This document shows positions 9,445 through 19,063 of a stretch of 64,000 nucleotides of DNA, in pieces. The notes under the pieces are model-generated. The model searched no databases, was not told the origin of the DNA, and was given only the letters and a program-made list of their open reading frames with translations. The DNA comes from an uncultured Chloroflexia bacterium. Its GTDB lineage: Bacteria > Chloroflexota > Limnocylindria > Limnocylindrales > CSP1-4. The position numbers and the translations under genes are program-made. The DNA lies in NCBI GenBank assembly GCA_963712745.1, contig CAVQJC010000007.1:1-64000 (forward strand), given 5' to 3'. Position 1 is the first letter of the stretch. Each line of letters opens with the position of its first letter.

Positions 9445-11253
9445 ATGACTGAGACACCTGACGAGGCCCACCGCGCCGAGCGCGGGTCGAAGATCCTGGT
9501 CATCGCCCTCGTGGGCATCTTCTTCTTCAGCATGTTCGGATTCGCGGTCGCTGTCATCGACGCCAGAGGCCAGCCCGAGCCGACCGAACCGCCCGCCCCC
9601 TCGCTGCCTGCGCTGCCGGGGACTGCTGCCCAACCGGGGTCGACCGCCGCCCAACCGGCGTCGGCCGCGACCGAGCCCCCCCAGGAGGCCGCCGCTCCCC
9701 GGATCCTCCTGGCCCTGGCCGAGGAGGCGCCCGCTCAGAGTCCAGCGCCGACGCCCGCGCCCGGCTCGTCCGCCCCATCCTCGCCGTCTGCATCTGCCCC
9801 GGCTGCCGCGCTTGCGGCCCCGCCGCTCGAAGTGCCCGATGCCCTTGTCGAAACGGTGATGCCGGTGGTGCCCGTGACCGGCTTCTGGTCCAGGCGCGAC
9901 GGCCTCGGCCTGGGCCAGCTCCGGAGCGCCCTCGAGAGCGGGGAGCTCAAGGGCTTCCGCCGCGTCGTGATCGAGGACGGTATCGCCGACGCACTCGCCG
10001 ACGCCCTCGGCATCGACATCCACCAGGACGTCCGCCGCCTCGGGGTCGACCGAGTCGCGCGCGCGCTGAGCAAGGGCGCCCTCGGCCTGGTGGCGGCCAC
10101 CGAGGTCCGACCGTCGATGCGCACGCTCGACATCGGTGAGGCCTCCCTCGTCGGCAACGACCGCGTTCGAGACGCGGCTGACTGGCCCCTGACCATCAAC
10201 CGGACGGCGATCCCCGACGCGGCCTGGGACCAGGGGCGCACCTGGGTGCTGGTGGCTGGTGGCGACTCCTTCACCGACCGCGGCGTGTACAAGACCGTGG
10301 TGCGCGAAGGGAAGGGTGTCGACTATCCCTTCGACGGCGGCACGGCCAGGGTCACCGGGCACGGCTGCTGCGACCCGGTCTTCAACGACAACATCGTCCC
10401 CCGCTATGTGCTCACCGGCAACAAGGGCGCGGTGCGCAGGTTGTTCAAGCGCGCCGAGCTGGCCGTGGCCAACCACGAGCAGCCGGTCACCGACGGCTGG
10501 GGCTTCCACGGCAGCGGGACTCGCTTCAGCGGCAAGCCGGAGCTGACGCGGATCTTCACGCGCGCCGGCATCGACTTCCTCTCGCTGGCCAACAACCACA
10601 TCGGGGACTACGGAGCCGACGGCATCCGCGACACTCGCCGCATCCTGCGCCAGAACGGCATCGCCTTCGGCGGCGCAGGCAAGGACCTGGAGCAGGCGCG
10701 CGAGTTCGGTTTCCTCGATGCCAGTGGGACCCAGGTCGCAGTCATCCCCTGCCTCGACATCGTGCGCGTCTACTGGGCCACCGAGAGCAGGGCCGGCGCC
10801 ACCCCCTGTGTCGACCAGTACATCCGCAAGGACATCAGGAAGGCCAGGAAGGCCGGTGCCGACGTGGTCGTCGTGTTCCCGCACTGGGGCGTGGAGTACA
10901 CGCGCCAGCCGCTGGCCTCCATGCGCAAGCACGCCGCCCGCTGGGTCGGCGCCGGCGCCGACATGGTCATCGGAGCCCACAGCCATGTGGCCGGCTCCAT
11001 CGAGGACATCGACGGGGCGCCTGTGCTCTACTCGCTGGGCAACCTCATCTTCGACCAGCAGTGGTCGACGAACACCATGGAATCGGCGCTGCTGGAGGCG
11101 ACCTTCCACGGCGACCAGCTGTTCGAGCTGCGCCTGCGGCCGTACATCATCCACGACACCAGTCAGCCCAACTTCCTCGACCCGGCCAGGGGAGAGGGAC
11201 GGCGATTGCTGATGTCCATGAAGAAGGCTTCGTCCGGCTGGCTCGACTGGTAG
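9445..11253 (+). CDS. Membrane-anchored CapA/PgsA-family metallophosphoesterase-fold protein
   Basis: N-terminal TM and Pro/Ala linker; GGD, NHE, LANNHIGDYG, PHWG, GAHSH, YSLGN motifs. Confidence 0.85.
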   Translation: MTETPDEAHRAERGSKILVIALVGIFFFSMFGFAVAVIDARGQPEPTEPPAPSLPALPGTAAQPGSTAAQPASAATEPPQEAAAPRILLALAEEAPAQSPAPTPAPGSSAPSSPSASAPAAALAAPPLEVPDALVETVMPVVPVTGFWSRRDGLGLGQLRSALESGELKGFRRVVIEDGIADALADALGIDIHQDVRRLGVDRVARALSKGALGLVAATEVRPSMRTLDIGEASLVGNDRVRDAADWPLTINRTAIPDAAWDQGRTWVLVAGGDSFTDRGVYKTVVREGKGVDYPFDGGTARVTGHGCCDPVFNDNIVPRYVLTGNKGAVRRLFKRAELAVANHEQPVTDGWGFHGSGTRFSGKPELTRIFTRAGIDFLSLANNHIGDYGADGIRDTRRILRQNGIAFGGAGKDLEQAREFGFLDASGTQVAVIPCLDIVRVYWATESRAGATPCVDQYIRKDIRKARKAGADVVVVFPHWGVEYTRQPLASMRKHAARWVGAGADMVIGAHSHVAGSIEDIDGAPVLYSLGNLIFDQQWSTNTMESALLEATFHGDQLFELRLRPYIIHDTSQPNFLDPARGEGRRLLMSMKKASSGWLDW

Positions 11254-11347
11254 CCCGCTGCTTCGTCACACGATCGTCACGAGCGGCGCCGCCGCCGTGA
11301 TGGGCGTCACGAACACGTCACCGCCGCTAGCCCTAGGCTGCGAGCGC

Positions 11348-12034
11348 ATGGAAGCCCTCATCGCGACCTACGGACTCGGTCTCGCCTCAGCGGCGAGCCC
11401 TTGCCTGCTGCCGCTGTACCCGGCCTTCCTGGCCTACCTCACCGGTGCCACCGGCGCCGAGGCCGGCAGCGGCAGGAGTCGTCGGATCTCGGGCTTCCTG
11501 GGCCTGGCCGTGCTGGCCGGGCTCATCACCTCGATGGTCGTGATCGGCCTCATCGTGGTCGCCGTCTCCGCGCCCATCAGCTCCCTGCTCGGGTTCGCCA
11601 TCCCCATCATCGACCTGCTGCTGATCGCCCTCGGCGTGCTGCTGCTGGCCGGCATCAACCCCTTCCTCAAGGCGCCGACCGTGAAGGTGCCCGGTGCCAG
11701 CGGGCCGGTCTCACAGGCCTATCTCTACGGTGTCTTCCTGGGACCCATCGCGCTGCCCTGTGCCGGCCCGTTCCTCATCGCCACGCTGGCCATCTCGGTC
11801 GGTGCCGCCGAGACCGTTGGCACCGTGGCCACCTTCGTCGTCTTCGCGCTCGGCTTCGGGCTGCCGCTCGTGCTGCTGTCGGTGCTGGCGCGAACGCGGC
11901 AGGACACGGTGGTGCGCTTCCTTGCCCGGCGCCATCGCCAGATCGAGATCATCTCCGGCGTGCTGCTCATCGGCGCCGGCATCTGGGACCTCTGGATCAA
12001 CTGGGAGTCGATCCTGCTCTCGTTCGGCTACTAG
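11348..12034 (+). CDS. ccdA: CcdA/DsbD-type cytochrome c biogenesis transmembrane protein
   Basis: SPCLLPLYP and PCAGP cysteine motifs, six TM segments. Confidence 0.85.
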   Translation: MEALIATYGLGLASAASPCLLPLYPAFLAYLTGATGAEAGSGRSRRISGFLGLAVLAGLITSMVVIGLIVVAVSAPISSLLGFAIPIIDLLLIALGVLLLAGINPFLKAPTVKVPGASGPVSQAYLYGVFLGPIALPCAGPFLIATLAISVGAAETVGTVATFVVFALGFGLPLVLLSVLARTRQDTVVRFLARRHRQIEIISGVLLIGAGIWDLWINWESILLSFGY

Positions 12035-12190
12035 GTTTCGTCGGCCACGACGATGTCGCCGTGCATCAGCGCGAAGTGTCCAGGCACGGTGCAGCCGAAC
12101 ATCAGCCCGGACAGATCCTCCGGCACGGTCCAGGCGAGCTCCCGTGTGCCGGAGGTCCGGGCGGCGATGCCCACCTCGGCGGTGCCGGCC
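12031..12190 (-). pseudogene. C-terminal remnant of a cupredoxin (blue copper) domain
   Basis: Manual translation GTAEVGIAARTSGTRELAWTVPEDLSGLMFGCTVPGHFALMHGDIVVADET* (C-x2-P-G-H-x3-M). An upstream in-frame stop cuts off the N-terminal part. Confidence 0.6.
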
Positions 12191-12458
12191 GGCCACGGGC
12201 ACGTTCGCTCGTGATGCGTCGATCATGCTCATCGTTGGGGCCGTCACGCAACTGGTCGGGACCTCGCTGTTCCTGGTCGCCGACTGGTCCTGACTACTGC
12301 AGGTCGTGGCACTGTTCGGTGGAGTCGCCCAGGGGCTGGGCTGGGTTCGGTGGCCGATAGGCCCCGGTTGCCCGTTGGTGGCAGGCGCGCTGAGCCTGCC
12401 AGGAGCAGCCCATGATGTCGAAGGTGAGTGAAGTCGGGCGGAAACCTGGGCCGCCGCG

Positions 12459-13316
12459 CTACGCCAGTCCGGCCTCGCGAGCCGTGGGCCAGAGCGTCAG
12501 GTCGACCCCCGGTGCCAGGTCGGTCAGCTGCGCGAGATCCGGCGCGTAGCCGGCCAGGAACGCCTCGCGCAACGAAGGCGAGAGCTCGTACTTGCGGCTG
12601 GTGGTGGGGTTGACCTCGTTCCGGTACGCCTCAGGCTGGAGCTCGTGGGGCGCCAGACCCAGGAACCGGTACGTGCGGGCAAGTTCGCCGGCTGGATCGG
12701 CACGACAGGCCTCGTACTGGCCGATGTAGACGCGCTCCCGCGGGAAGGCTGCCAGCACCCGGCGCAGCTGCGGTGCGTACAGGCCGCGCTGGAAGGCGCC
12801 CTGGATGTCGCGATGGCCGATGGGCTTGCGCGATGTAGCCAGCTGATGGGTGAGGCCCGAACGGAAGCGCTCGATGGGGTCGCGCAGCAGGATGAGGATG
12901 CGCGCGTCCGGCGCGGCCCCGGCGATGAGCTCCGGTGTCCAGAAGTCGATGAGGTAGCCGGGCGTCCACTCGCCGGCCACCTTGCCCTCCGGTACCGGGA
13001 AGTAGCGCTGGTAGCGGCGGGCCTGTTCGTCATCGAAGGGCGTCTCCCAGGAGCGGTCGAAGTAGTGCAGCTCCTTGGCCCCGCCGCCGGCATCGACCAC
13101 GTCCGGATGGGCCTCGATGAGGCGGTTCCACCAGGACGTGCCCGCCTTCTGGGCGCCGACACCGACGTAGTGCGGCGGTCCGATGCGCCAGCCCTCAGGG
13201 CATCTGGGTGGCTCCGGCGGTCCCGGCTGCCGAGGGCCACGATAGCGGTACCAGGCCCGAGAGCCGCGCACGGCCAGGCGGCGGAGGCGCGCCTTCGCCT
13301 CTCGCCTGATGGTCAT
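12459..13316 (-). CDS. PAPS-dependent sulfotransferase
   Basis: GVGAQKAGTSW (5'-PSB loop), KELHYFD, GEWTPGY, LLRDPIERFRS (3'-PB). Confidence 0.88.
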   Translation of the reverse strand: MTIRREAKARLRRLAVRGSRAWYRYRGPRQPGPPEPPRCPEGWRIGPPHYVGVGAQKAGTSWWNRLIEAHPDVVDAGGGAKELHYFDRSWETPFDDEQARRYQRYFPVPEGKVAGEWTPGYLIDFWTPELIAGAAPDARILILLRDPIERFRSGLTHQLATSRKPIGHRDIQGAFQRGLYAPQLRRVLAAFPRERVYIGQYEACRADPAGELARTYRFLGLAPHELQPEAYRNEVNPTTSRKYELSPSLREAFLAGYAPDLAQLTDLAPGVDLTLWPTAREAGLA

Positions 13317-14086
13317 CGCGGCGACCGCCACAGCGACAGGTCCAGCTCCGGCACGAGCGCGGCCAGGCGCGCGTTCTCCGGTTCGTAGCGTCGCACGAGC
13401 TGCTCCTCCTGCCAGTCGCTGAGGCTGACCTTGGGACCGCGCGACTCGTTGACACGGCCAGCGAGGTCGATCCCGGCGGGCATCTCCGGGTCGAGGCCGA
13501 TGAAGGCGTAGGTGCGCGCCAGTTGCTCCGTGGGCTCGAGGACGCAGCGCTCGTACTGCAGCACCAGCACCTGCTCGCGGGGGTAGGCGCTCCACAGCCG
13601 AAGCAGCTGGTCCGCGTAGACCCCCCGGTTGAAGGCGGCGTTGGCGGCTGCCCGGGCCGTGGAACCGACCGTCAGGCGGTTCTCGGCCAGCGTTCGGCCC
13701 GAGCGGAACCGTGCCACCGGGTCACGCAGCAGTACCAGCAGCCGGGCGTCAGGAGCGGTCCGCCGAAGCAGCCCCGGTGTCCAGGCGTCGAGCATGTAGC
13801 CGGGTGTCCATTCGCCCGACAGGTGGCCCTCCGGCCGCGCGAAGAAGGCGTGGTAGCGCTCGACGACGCCCTCGCCGAGGCCATGCTCCCAGAGGCCGTC
13901 GAAGAAGTGGACCTCCTTGGGCGTCCCCGACGGCCGGCTGACGCGGGGATGCGCGTTGACGAGGCTGTCCCACCAGCTGGTACCCGAGCGAGCGGTCCCG
14001 ACGCCGACGTAGTCGGGCGGTCCGGTCTGCCAACCCGCTGGGACAGGGGGCGGCTGGGGCAGGGCCTCGCGCTCGGGGTCTGGCAT
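13313..14086 (-). CDS. PAPS-dependent sulfotransferase (paralog)
   Basis: GVGTARSGTSW, KEVHFFD, GEWTPGY, LLRDPVARFRS. ATGA overlap with the next gene. Confidence 0.88.
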   Translation of the reverse strand: MPDPEREALPQPPPVPAGWQTGPPDYVGVGTARSGTSWWDSLVNAHPRVSRPSGTPKEVHFFDGLWEHGLGEGVVERYHAFFARPEGHLSGEWTPGYMLDAWTPGLLRRTAPDARLLVLLRDPVARFRSGRTLAENRLTVGSTARAAANAAFNRGVYADQLLRLWSAYPREQVLVLQYERCVLEPTEQLARTYAFIGLDPEMPAGIDLAGRVNESRGPKVSLSDWQEEQLVRRYEPENARLAALVPELDLSLWRSPR

Positions 14087-14096
14087 GGCAGCGATT

Positions 14097-14777
14097 CTAG
14101 GTGGCCGGCTCGTCGAGGCGGCGGTCCTCGATCTCCCAGGCGTGGTGGATGGTGTGCCACGCTGCGTAGCGGACGTACCAGCGCGGGGTCCAGCGATCCC
14201 TGGCTCGGCTAGGGTCGCGCAAGGGCCTGTCGGCTGCCCGGTCGAAGAAGGCCTCGACGGCACGTGCGCGCATGGCGGCCATGACCTCTTGCAGGTCGTT
14301 GCCGGCCACCTTCGGTCTCTTCGATCCAAGCTTGGAGAGGTAGGCCTGGTCGGCCCCGAGGCAGTGATCGATGATCCCGCGCAGGTCGCGGCCGCCCCCT
14401 CGAGGACCCTTGCGCAGCTCGCGGCCTTGGGCCGCGACGATGGCCCTGTCGAAGGCTGCCCACATCGCTTGCAGGATGGCCGCCAGGCGTGCCGACTCGC
14501 GCTCGTCGAGCGGGCGGAGATCGGCTGCGGGGACGACCGAGGGAACGCCCCACTCGGTGCCGCTGTTGCCGGTCAGCTCCTCCGTCACTTCCAGATCGGC
14601 CGACGGCTCGAAGGCCATGCCGCTCGCGCCGAGTGCCGTGGCGTAGCGGGGCCCGAAGGCCACCAGCTCGGCCACCGGGTCCTCGGCGCCCCTGGCGTGG
14701 CGGCACCAGCCGGGCCACTCCTCGGCGCTCGCGAAACTCCACTTGTGGCCGCGCTCGATGTAGATCGGCTCCGACAT
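14097..14777 (-). CDS. Conserved hypothetical protein (DinB-like His motifs)
   Basis: FASAEEWPGWCR, LRKGPRGGGRD, WHTIHHAWEIEDR; typical codon usage. Confidence 0.7.
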   Translation of the reverse strand: MSEPIYIERGHKWSFASAEEWPGWCRHARGAEDPVAELVAFGPRYATALGASGMAFEPSADLEVTEELTGNSGTEWGVPSVVPAADLRPLDERESARLAAILQAMWAAFDRAIVAAQGRELRKGPRGGGRDLRGIIDHCLGADQAYLSKLGSKRPKVAGNDLQEVMAAMRARAVEAFFDRAADRPLRDPSRARDRWTPRWYVRYAAWHTIHHAWEIEDRRLDEPAT

Positions 14778-14815
14778 GAGCTCGACTCTAGCCCACTGAT
14801 GCCGCGGCCGGACAT

Positions 14816-14851
14816 GAAGAAACGGCCCGTCCCTGGAGGGACGGGCCGTTT
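14816..14851 (-). terminator. Intrinsic terminator after flp1
   Basis: AAACGGCCCGTCCC-TGGA-GGGACGGGCCGTTT 14-bp stem; on the minus strand it ends in TTT followed by CTTC. Confidence 0.8.
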
Positions 14852-14876
14852 GCGAAGCTCTTGAAGAGCGGCGGCT

Positions 14877-15032
14877 CTAGATCTGTGCGCCGATCGCCGA
14901 GAGGATCTTGGAGATCTCGCCACCCAGGAAGATGAGGGCGGTGATCGCGATGATGGCGATGAGCGCCAGGATCAGCGCGTACTCGGCAAGGCCCTGGCCT
15001 TCCTCGTCGCGGCGAAGCAGGAAGTCGACCAT
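14877..15032 (-). CDS. flp: Flp family type IVb/Tad pilin (51 aa)
   Basis: MVDFLLRRDEEGQGLAEYALILALIAIIAITALIFLGGEISKILSAIGAQI*; AGGAGG RBS. Below the ORF-track cutoff. Confidence 0.92.
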   Translation of the reverse strand: MVDFLLRRDEEGQGLAEYALILALIAIIAITALIFLGGEISKILSAIGAQI

Positions 15033-15335
15033 GTGCTGGTCCTCCTAAATCGATGGCTCCCCGACTAAGCGGTTTGCCGGTGATGGATGAATGCGCTCGG
15101 TCGCCCATCGGGCTTCCGTGCTCGGCGGATGTTACAGCCCCGCCGCCAACTGTCCACTGGGACGGCCGGCAGGCCAGCTGCACGTCCTCAGTGCCGAGGA
15201 TGATGATGGTGGCACTGAGGAGTTTCCATGGCACCTCTGGGGGGCATGGAACCGGACTTTCGGTGGTGCCAGCGCACCAATCCCAGTAGAGCTATGTGAG
15301 GTTGGTCCTGTTGAGGTGTCCTCTGGTGGACTCGG

Positions 15336-15527
15336 TCAGTTCGTGGCGTTGTCGACCGTGGAACCGATGAATGACATCAGGTCCGCGATGGTACCGCCAA
15401 GGAACGTGAGCGAGATGACGGCCACGATGGCGATCAGCGCCAGGATAAGCGCGTACTCGGCCAGCCCCTGGCCTTCTTCATCGTTCGCCGACCGCCACGC
15501 GGCCAGCAGGTGGATGAGTTCAGTCAA
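15336..15527 (-). CDS. flp: Flp family pilin
   Basis: DEEGQGLAEYALILALIAIVAVISLTFLG; GGAGG RBS upstream of a TTG start. Confidence 0.9.
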   Translation of the reverse strand: MTELIHLLAAWRSANDEEGQGLAEYALILALIAIVAVISLTFLGGTIADLMSFIGSTVDNATN

Positions 15528-15753
15528 CGCGTCACTGTCCTCCCTGTGATCTGTCCTGGTTGGACGAGGCGTCCGACCCCGATGCCTGAAGCCAGATCAG
15601 CGCTTCTCACATCGGCAGCATCTCAGAGTGATCGGCGGACTGGTACCGACAGGCACGCCTTGGGCAGTAGGCCCACGTGCGAGCGGTCGCTGCGGTTCGG
15701 CCGGTGGCTCCGGCCGTGCCCGACCCGGGCGATCGAGAGGCTTGAGTCGCCTC

Positions 15754-16149
15754 CTACTCTCCGATGACCGACCAGATGAAACCCATGAAGATGAAGATGC
15801 CGGCAAAGAGCCCGACCAGCGCCGGGACACCGACGGTGTTCACCTCCAGGTTCATGCTCGCCAGGAACCCCATCGCCAGCGCCCACGCGATGATGAGCAC
15901 GAGGAAGAGGTACTTGGCATTGACGGTCGTGATGGCCTCGACCCAGGCGGTTCGCCGTCGTTCCGGAACGAGCATGATGATGAGCAGGAATGCCACCATC
16001 ACTGCGCCCAGCAGGACGCCGCCGCCAAAGCCGATGAACTGGCTCGCTTCCAGCTCGGTGCGGAAGGCGCCGTACAGCGCCGTGATCACCGCGCCCAGCA
16101 AGAGGAAGGCGGAGACGTAACCGAGTACTCGCAGTCGCTCCCAAGTCAT
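15754..16149 (-). CDS. Hypothetical 4-TM membrane protein
   Basis: Hydrophobic ORF from MTWERL with high GC3, between pilin genes. Confidence 0.65.
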   Translation of the reverse strand: MTWERLRVLGYVSAFLLLGAVITALYGAFRTELEASQFIGFGGGVLLGAVMVAFLLIIMLVPERRRTAWVEAITTVNAKYLFLVLIIAWALAMGFLASMNLEVNTVGVPALVGLFAGIFIFMGFIWSVIGE

Positions 16150-16415
16150 AAGGACCGGAATCCTAGCAAAACTGCCAGCCGCAAGAACATCATTCCTGCG
16201 GATCCCCACGACCCGGGTCGCGAACGACCATGTGGGGACGGCCGTCAGACAGTACCTATGGCGTGCCCATATGGGAAGGGTGGACTACCCCTCGCGCGGC
16301 CAAGTCGTTGATTGGCGACAACGCGGAACGCCGGGATGAGCGTGCGGCACGCAGACCGAAACGGCCACACCTTGCCGATGCGGCCGTTGGCCCCGGGATC
16401 GATGTCTCGCGCGGG

Positions 16416-16685
16416 CTAGAGGCCCAGGCTCGAGAGGATCTCGCCGAATTCATGGTTGATCGGCGCCCAGAACAGGTCGCTGATGGTCCCTCCCAGGAAG
16501 ATCAGCGAGGCGATCGCCACGATGGCGATGCCGGCGAGGATGAGCGCGTACTCGGCGAGGCCCTGACCCCGCTGCCGCCCGGAGTCAACCGGGTGGCGGT
16601 GGACGACGGCCAGCATGGCCATCGCGGGCCGCGAGCTGGCGGCCCTCCCGGCGACGCTTGTCACCGCGGCTCGTAGCTTGTCCAT
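16416..16685 (-). CDS. flp: Flp family pilin (long leader)
   Basis: RQRGQGLAEYALILAGIAIVAIASLIFLGG; GGAG RBS before ATG 16685. Confidence 0.85.
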   Translation of the reverse strand: MDKLRAAVTSVAGRAASSRPAMAMLAVVHRHPVDSGRQRGQGLAEYALILAGIAIVAIASLIFLGGTISDLFWAPINHEFGEILSSLGL

Positions 16686-17067
16686 CAGGTATCTCCGATG
16701 GGGAGGAACTGGTGGCGACCGACTCGGCCGCGTCCGCTGCCACTGCTTGTGCCACCCAGAGAAGATGATGAGCGGGTGACGCCTTCGTGGACGGGTTCGG
16801 CAGGGAGTGGGGCCCGATACTCGGTCGGCGAGGCCCCGTCGGTCGTATCCAGCTGCTCCATGGATAGGGATGAATGCGCCGGCACCGCAACCTGGGCCGA
16901 AACTGGCCACGCGGGTTCAGCCAGGGCAACGTAACGCAGTGTGTCTCCCCCGGCTATGGCACTAAAGAGTCACGGGGGTCGTTGCCGGCGGACACCAACC
17001 GATCACCGTCGGCTGGACGGGTACGAGCTCGGTGCGGAGTATCATCGCGGACCACGCAGGAGGGCCT

Positions 17068-18591
17068 GTGGCTACCACCAACGACCAAGAGACCTGGATC
17101 AATCCGCGCGACCCGGCACTGGCGCTCGGGCCCGATGGCCGAGCGGCCCGTAGCCGCCGATCGCCCTTTTACGCCGACGTGCCAGACGCGCAGTGGGACG
17201 ACTGGAAGTGGCAGCTCTCGAACCGGGTCAATGAGCTCGAGACGTTCGCCCAGATCCTGGAGCTGACCGACAACGAGCGCGAAGGACTCGGCGCCCCGGA
17301 CAAGTTCCGCGTCGACATCACCCCGTACTTCATCAGTCTCATCGATCCGGAGGACCCGGACGACCCCATCCGCCGGCAGGTGATGCCGCTGGGTGACGAG
17401 CAGCAGGCGTTCACCGCGATGATGGAGGACTCCCTGCGCGAGGACCAGCACTCGCCGGTCCCCGGCCTGGTCCACCGCTATCCCGACCGTGTGCTGATGC
17501 TGGTGACCACCCAGTGTGCCTCGTATTGCCGCTACTGCACCCGGTCGCGCATCGTCGGTGACGCCACCCAGAACTTCAACACGCGCGACTTCGAGGCTCA
17601 GCTCGACTACCTGCGCCGGACTCCCCAGGTGCGCGACGTGCTGCTGTCGGGTGGTGACCCGCTGACGATGTCGCCCAAGCTGCTCGAGCGGGTGTTGCGT
17701 GGGCTGCGCGAGATCGAGCACATCGAGATCATCCGGCTGGGCACGCGTGTGCCGGTGTTCATGCCCCAGCGCGTCGACGACGACCTCTGCGCGATGCTGG
17801 AGCGGTATCACCCGCTGTGGGTCAACCTGCACTTCAACCACCCCAACGAGATCACGCCGGAGGTTTCGCGCGCGGTCGACAAGCTCAGCCGCACCGGCGT
17901 ACCCATCGGCAACCAGTCGGTGCTGCTGGCGGGCGTCAACGACTGCGTGCACATCCAGCGCGAGCTCGTCCACCGGCTGGTCGAGAACCGCATCCGGCCG
18001 TACTACCTCTACCAGTGCGACCTGGTCGCGGGCGCCGGCCACTTCCGGACACCCGTGGGCAAGGGCCTCGAGATCATCGAGGGCCTGCGTGGTCACACCT
18101 CGGGCTATGCGGTTCCGACCTACGTGGTCGATGCCCCCGGAGGCGGCGGCAAGATCCCGGTCATGCCCAACTACCTCATCAGCTACTCCGACCACAAGGT
18201 CGTGCTGCGCAACTACGAGGGCTACATCACCACCTACGAGGAGCCGCTCGAGTACAAGCCCCACGACCGACGAGCGTGCCGGTACTGCCGCCACGAGCGC
18301 TCCGAGCCCGGTCAGTCCGGTGTCCACGGCCTGCTCCAGGGCGACGCCATGTGGATCGAGCCGGCCGGTCACGCCGAGATCCACACCCGCGGCAACACCG
18401 AGGCCCATCGCCTCCAATCGCCCGAGAAGTGGGTGCCCTTCGGCGTGGGGGCCATCGAGGGCGAGACGGCGCCGGCGCCGTCTCGGCTGGGTGCGGGGAA
18501 AGAGGTATCGGAGCCCGTCTACGGACCGGGCGAGGAGCCGCGTCCGCGGGAGGGCGAGCCCACCGGCGCTGCGCACGGAGAGCTGCTCTAG
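17068..18591 (+). CDS. kamA: Lysine 2,3-aminomutase (KamA-family radical SAM)
   Basis: WDDWKWQL, LVHRYPDRVL, CASYCRYC, SGGDPL, YLYQCD, DAPGGGGKIP (PLP Lys), C-terminal CRYC; AGGAGG RBS before GTG. Confidence 0.92.
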   Translation: MATTNDQETWINPRDPALALGPDGRAARSRRSPFYADVPDAQWDDWKWQLSNRVNELETFAQILELTDNEREGLGAPDKFRVDITPYFISLIDPEDPDDPIRRQVMPLGDEQQAFTAMMEDSLREDQHSPVPGLVHRYPDRVLMLVTTQCASYCRYCTRSRIVGDATQNFNTRDFEAQLDYLRRTPQVRDVLLSGGDPLTMSPKLLERVLRGLREIEHIEIIRLGTRVPVFMPQRVDDDLCAMLERYHPLWVNLHFNHPNEITPEVSRAVDKLSRTGVPIGNQSVLLAGVNDCVHIQRELVHRLVENRIRPYYLYQCDLVAGAGHFRTPVGKGLEIIEGLRGHTSGYAVPTYVVDAPGGGGKIPVMPNYLISYSDHKVVLRNYEGYITTYEEPLEYKPHDRRACRYCRHERSEPGQSGVHGLLQGDAMWIEPAGHAEIHTRGNTEAHRLQSPEKWVPFGVGAIEGETAPAPSRLGAGKEVSEPVYGPGEEPRPREGEPTGAAHGELL

Positions 18592-18593
18592 AA

Positions 18594-19040
18594 GTGGGTA
18601 TCCTGAAGCGCCTCTTCGGCAGCGGTGGCAACGACGATGGCGCGAGCGGCATGGGCGGCGGGCCGGCCGACGACGCGGAGTGGCGCCAGTCGGCCGAGGC
18701 CACCTTTGAGGCCCACGCGGACAAGCAGCGCGTGACCGTCTGGCTGCGGCTCTACGACCCCAGCTTCGAGACCTCGCGTGAGCAGCAGCGGGCGTTCGCG
18801 CTGGAGAACCGACTGATGCGCGCGCTCGACGAGGCCGGTGCCGGTGAGCACGACACCAACTCGCTCGAGCGGGGCTACCTGGCCATGCGCCTGGTGGGCG
18901 AGGACGCCGATGCCATGGTGGCCGTCGTTCTGCCCTTTCTCGACGAGGCGCCCGAGGGCAGCTACCTGGCCGTGCGGCGCGGCCCAGCCGGTACGGGCGA
19001 GGACCGGCTGGAGGTCGGCATCGGCGCTGACCTGGCCTGA
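18594..19040 (+). CDS. Hypothetical protein
   Basis: Starts VGILKRLFG 2 nt after the kamA stop; typical codon usage. Confidence 0.65.
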   Translation: MGILKRLFGSGGNDDGASGMGGGPADDAEWRQSAEATFEAHADKQRVTVWLRLYDPSFETSREQQRAFALENRLMRALDEAGAGEHDTNSLERGYLAMRLVGEDADAMVAVVLPFLDEAPEGSYLAVRRGPAGTGEDRLEVGIGADLA

Positions 19041-19063
19041 ACGACCGAGCGGCGAGGACGACG

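Noticed and set aside
15040-15130. c-di-GMP riboswitch upstream of flp1 (GGCAAACC)
   Set aside because: The rest of the GEMM-I consensus (GAAA-loop P2, GACGCAAAGC) is absent.
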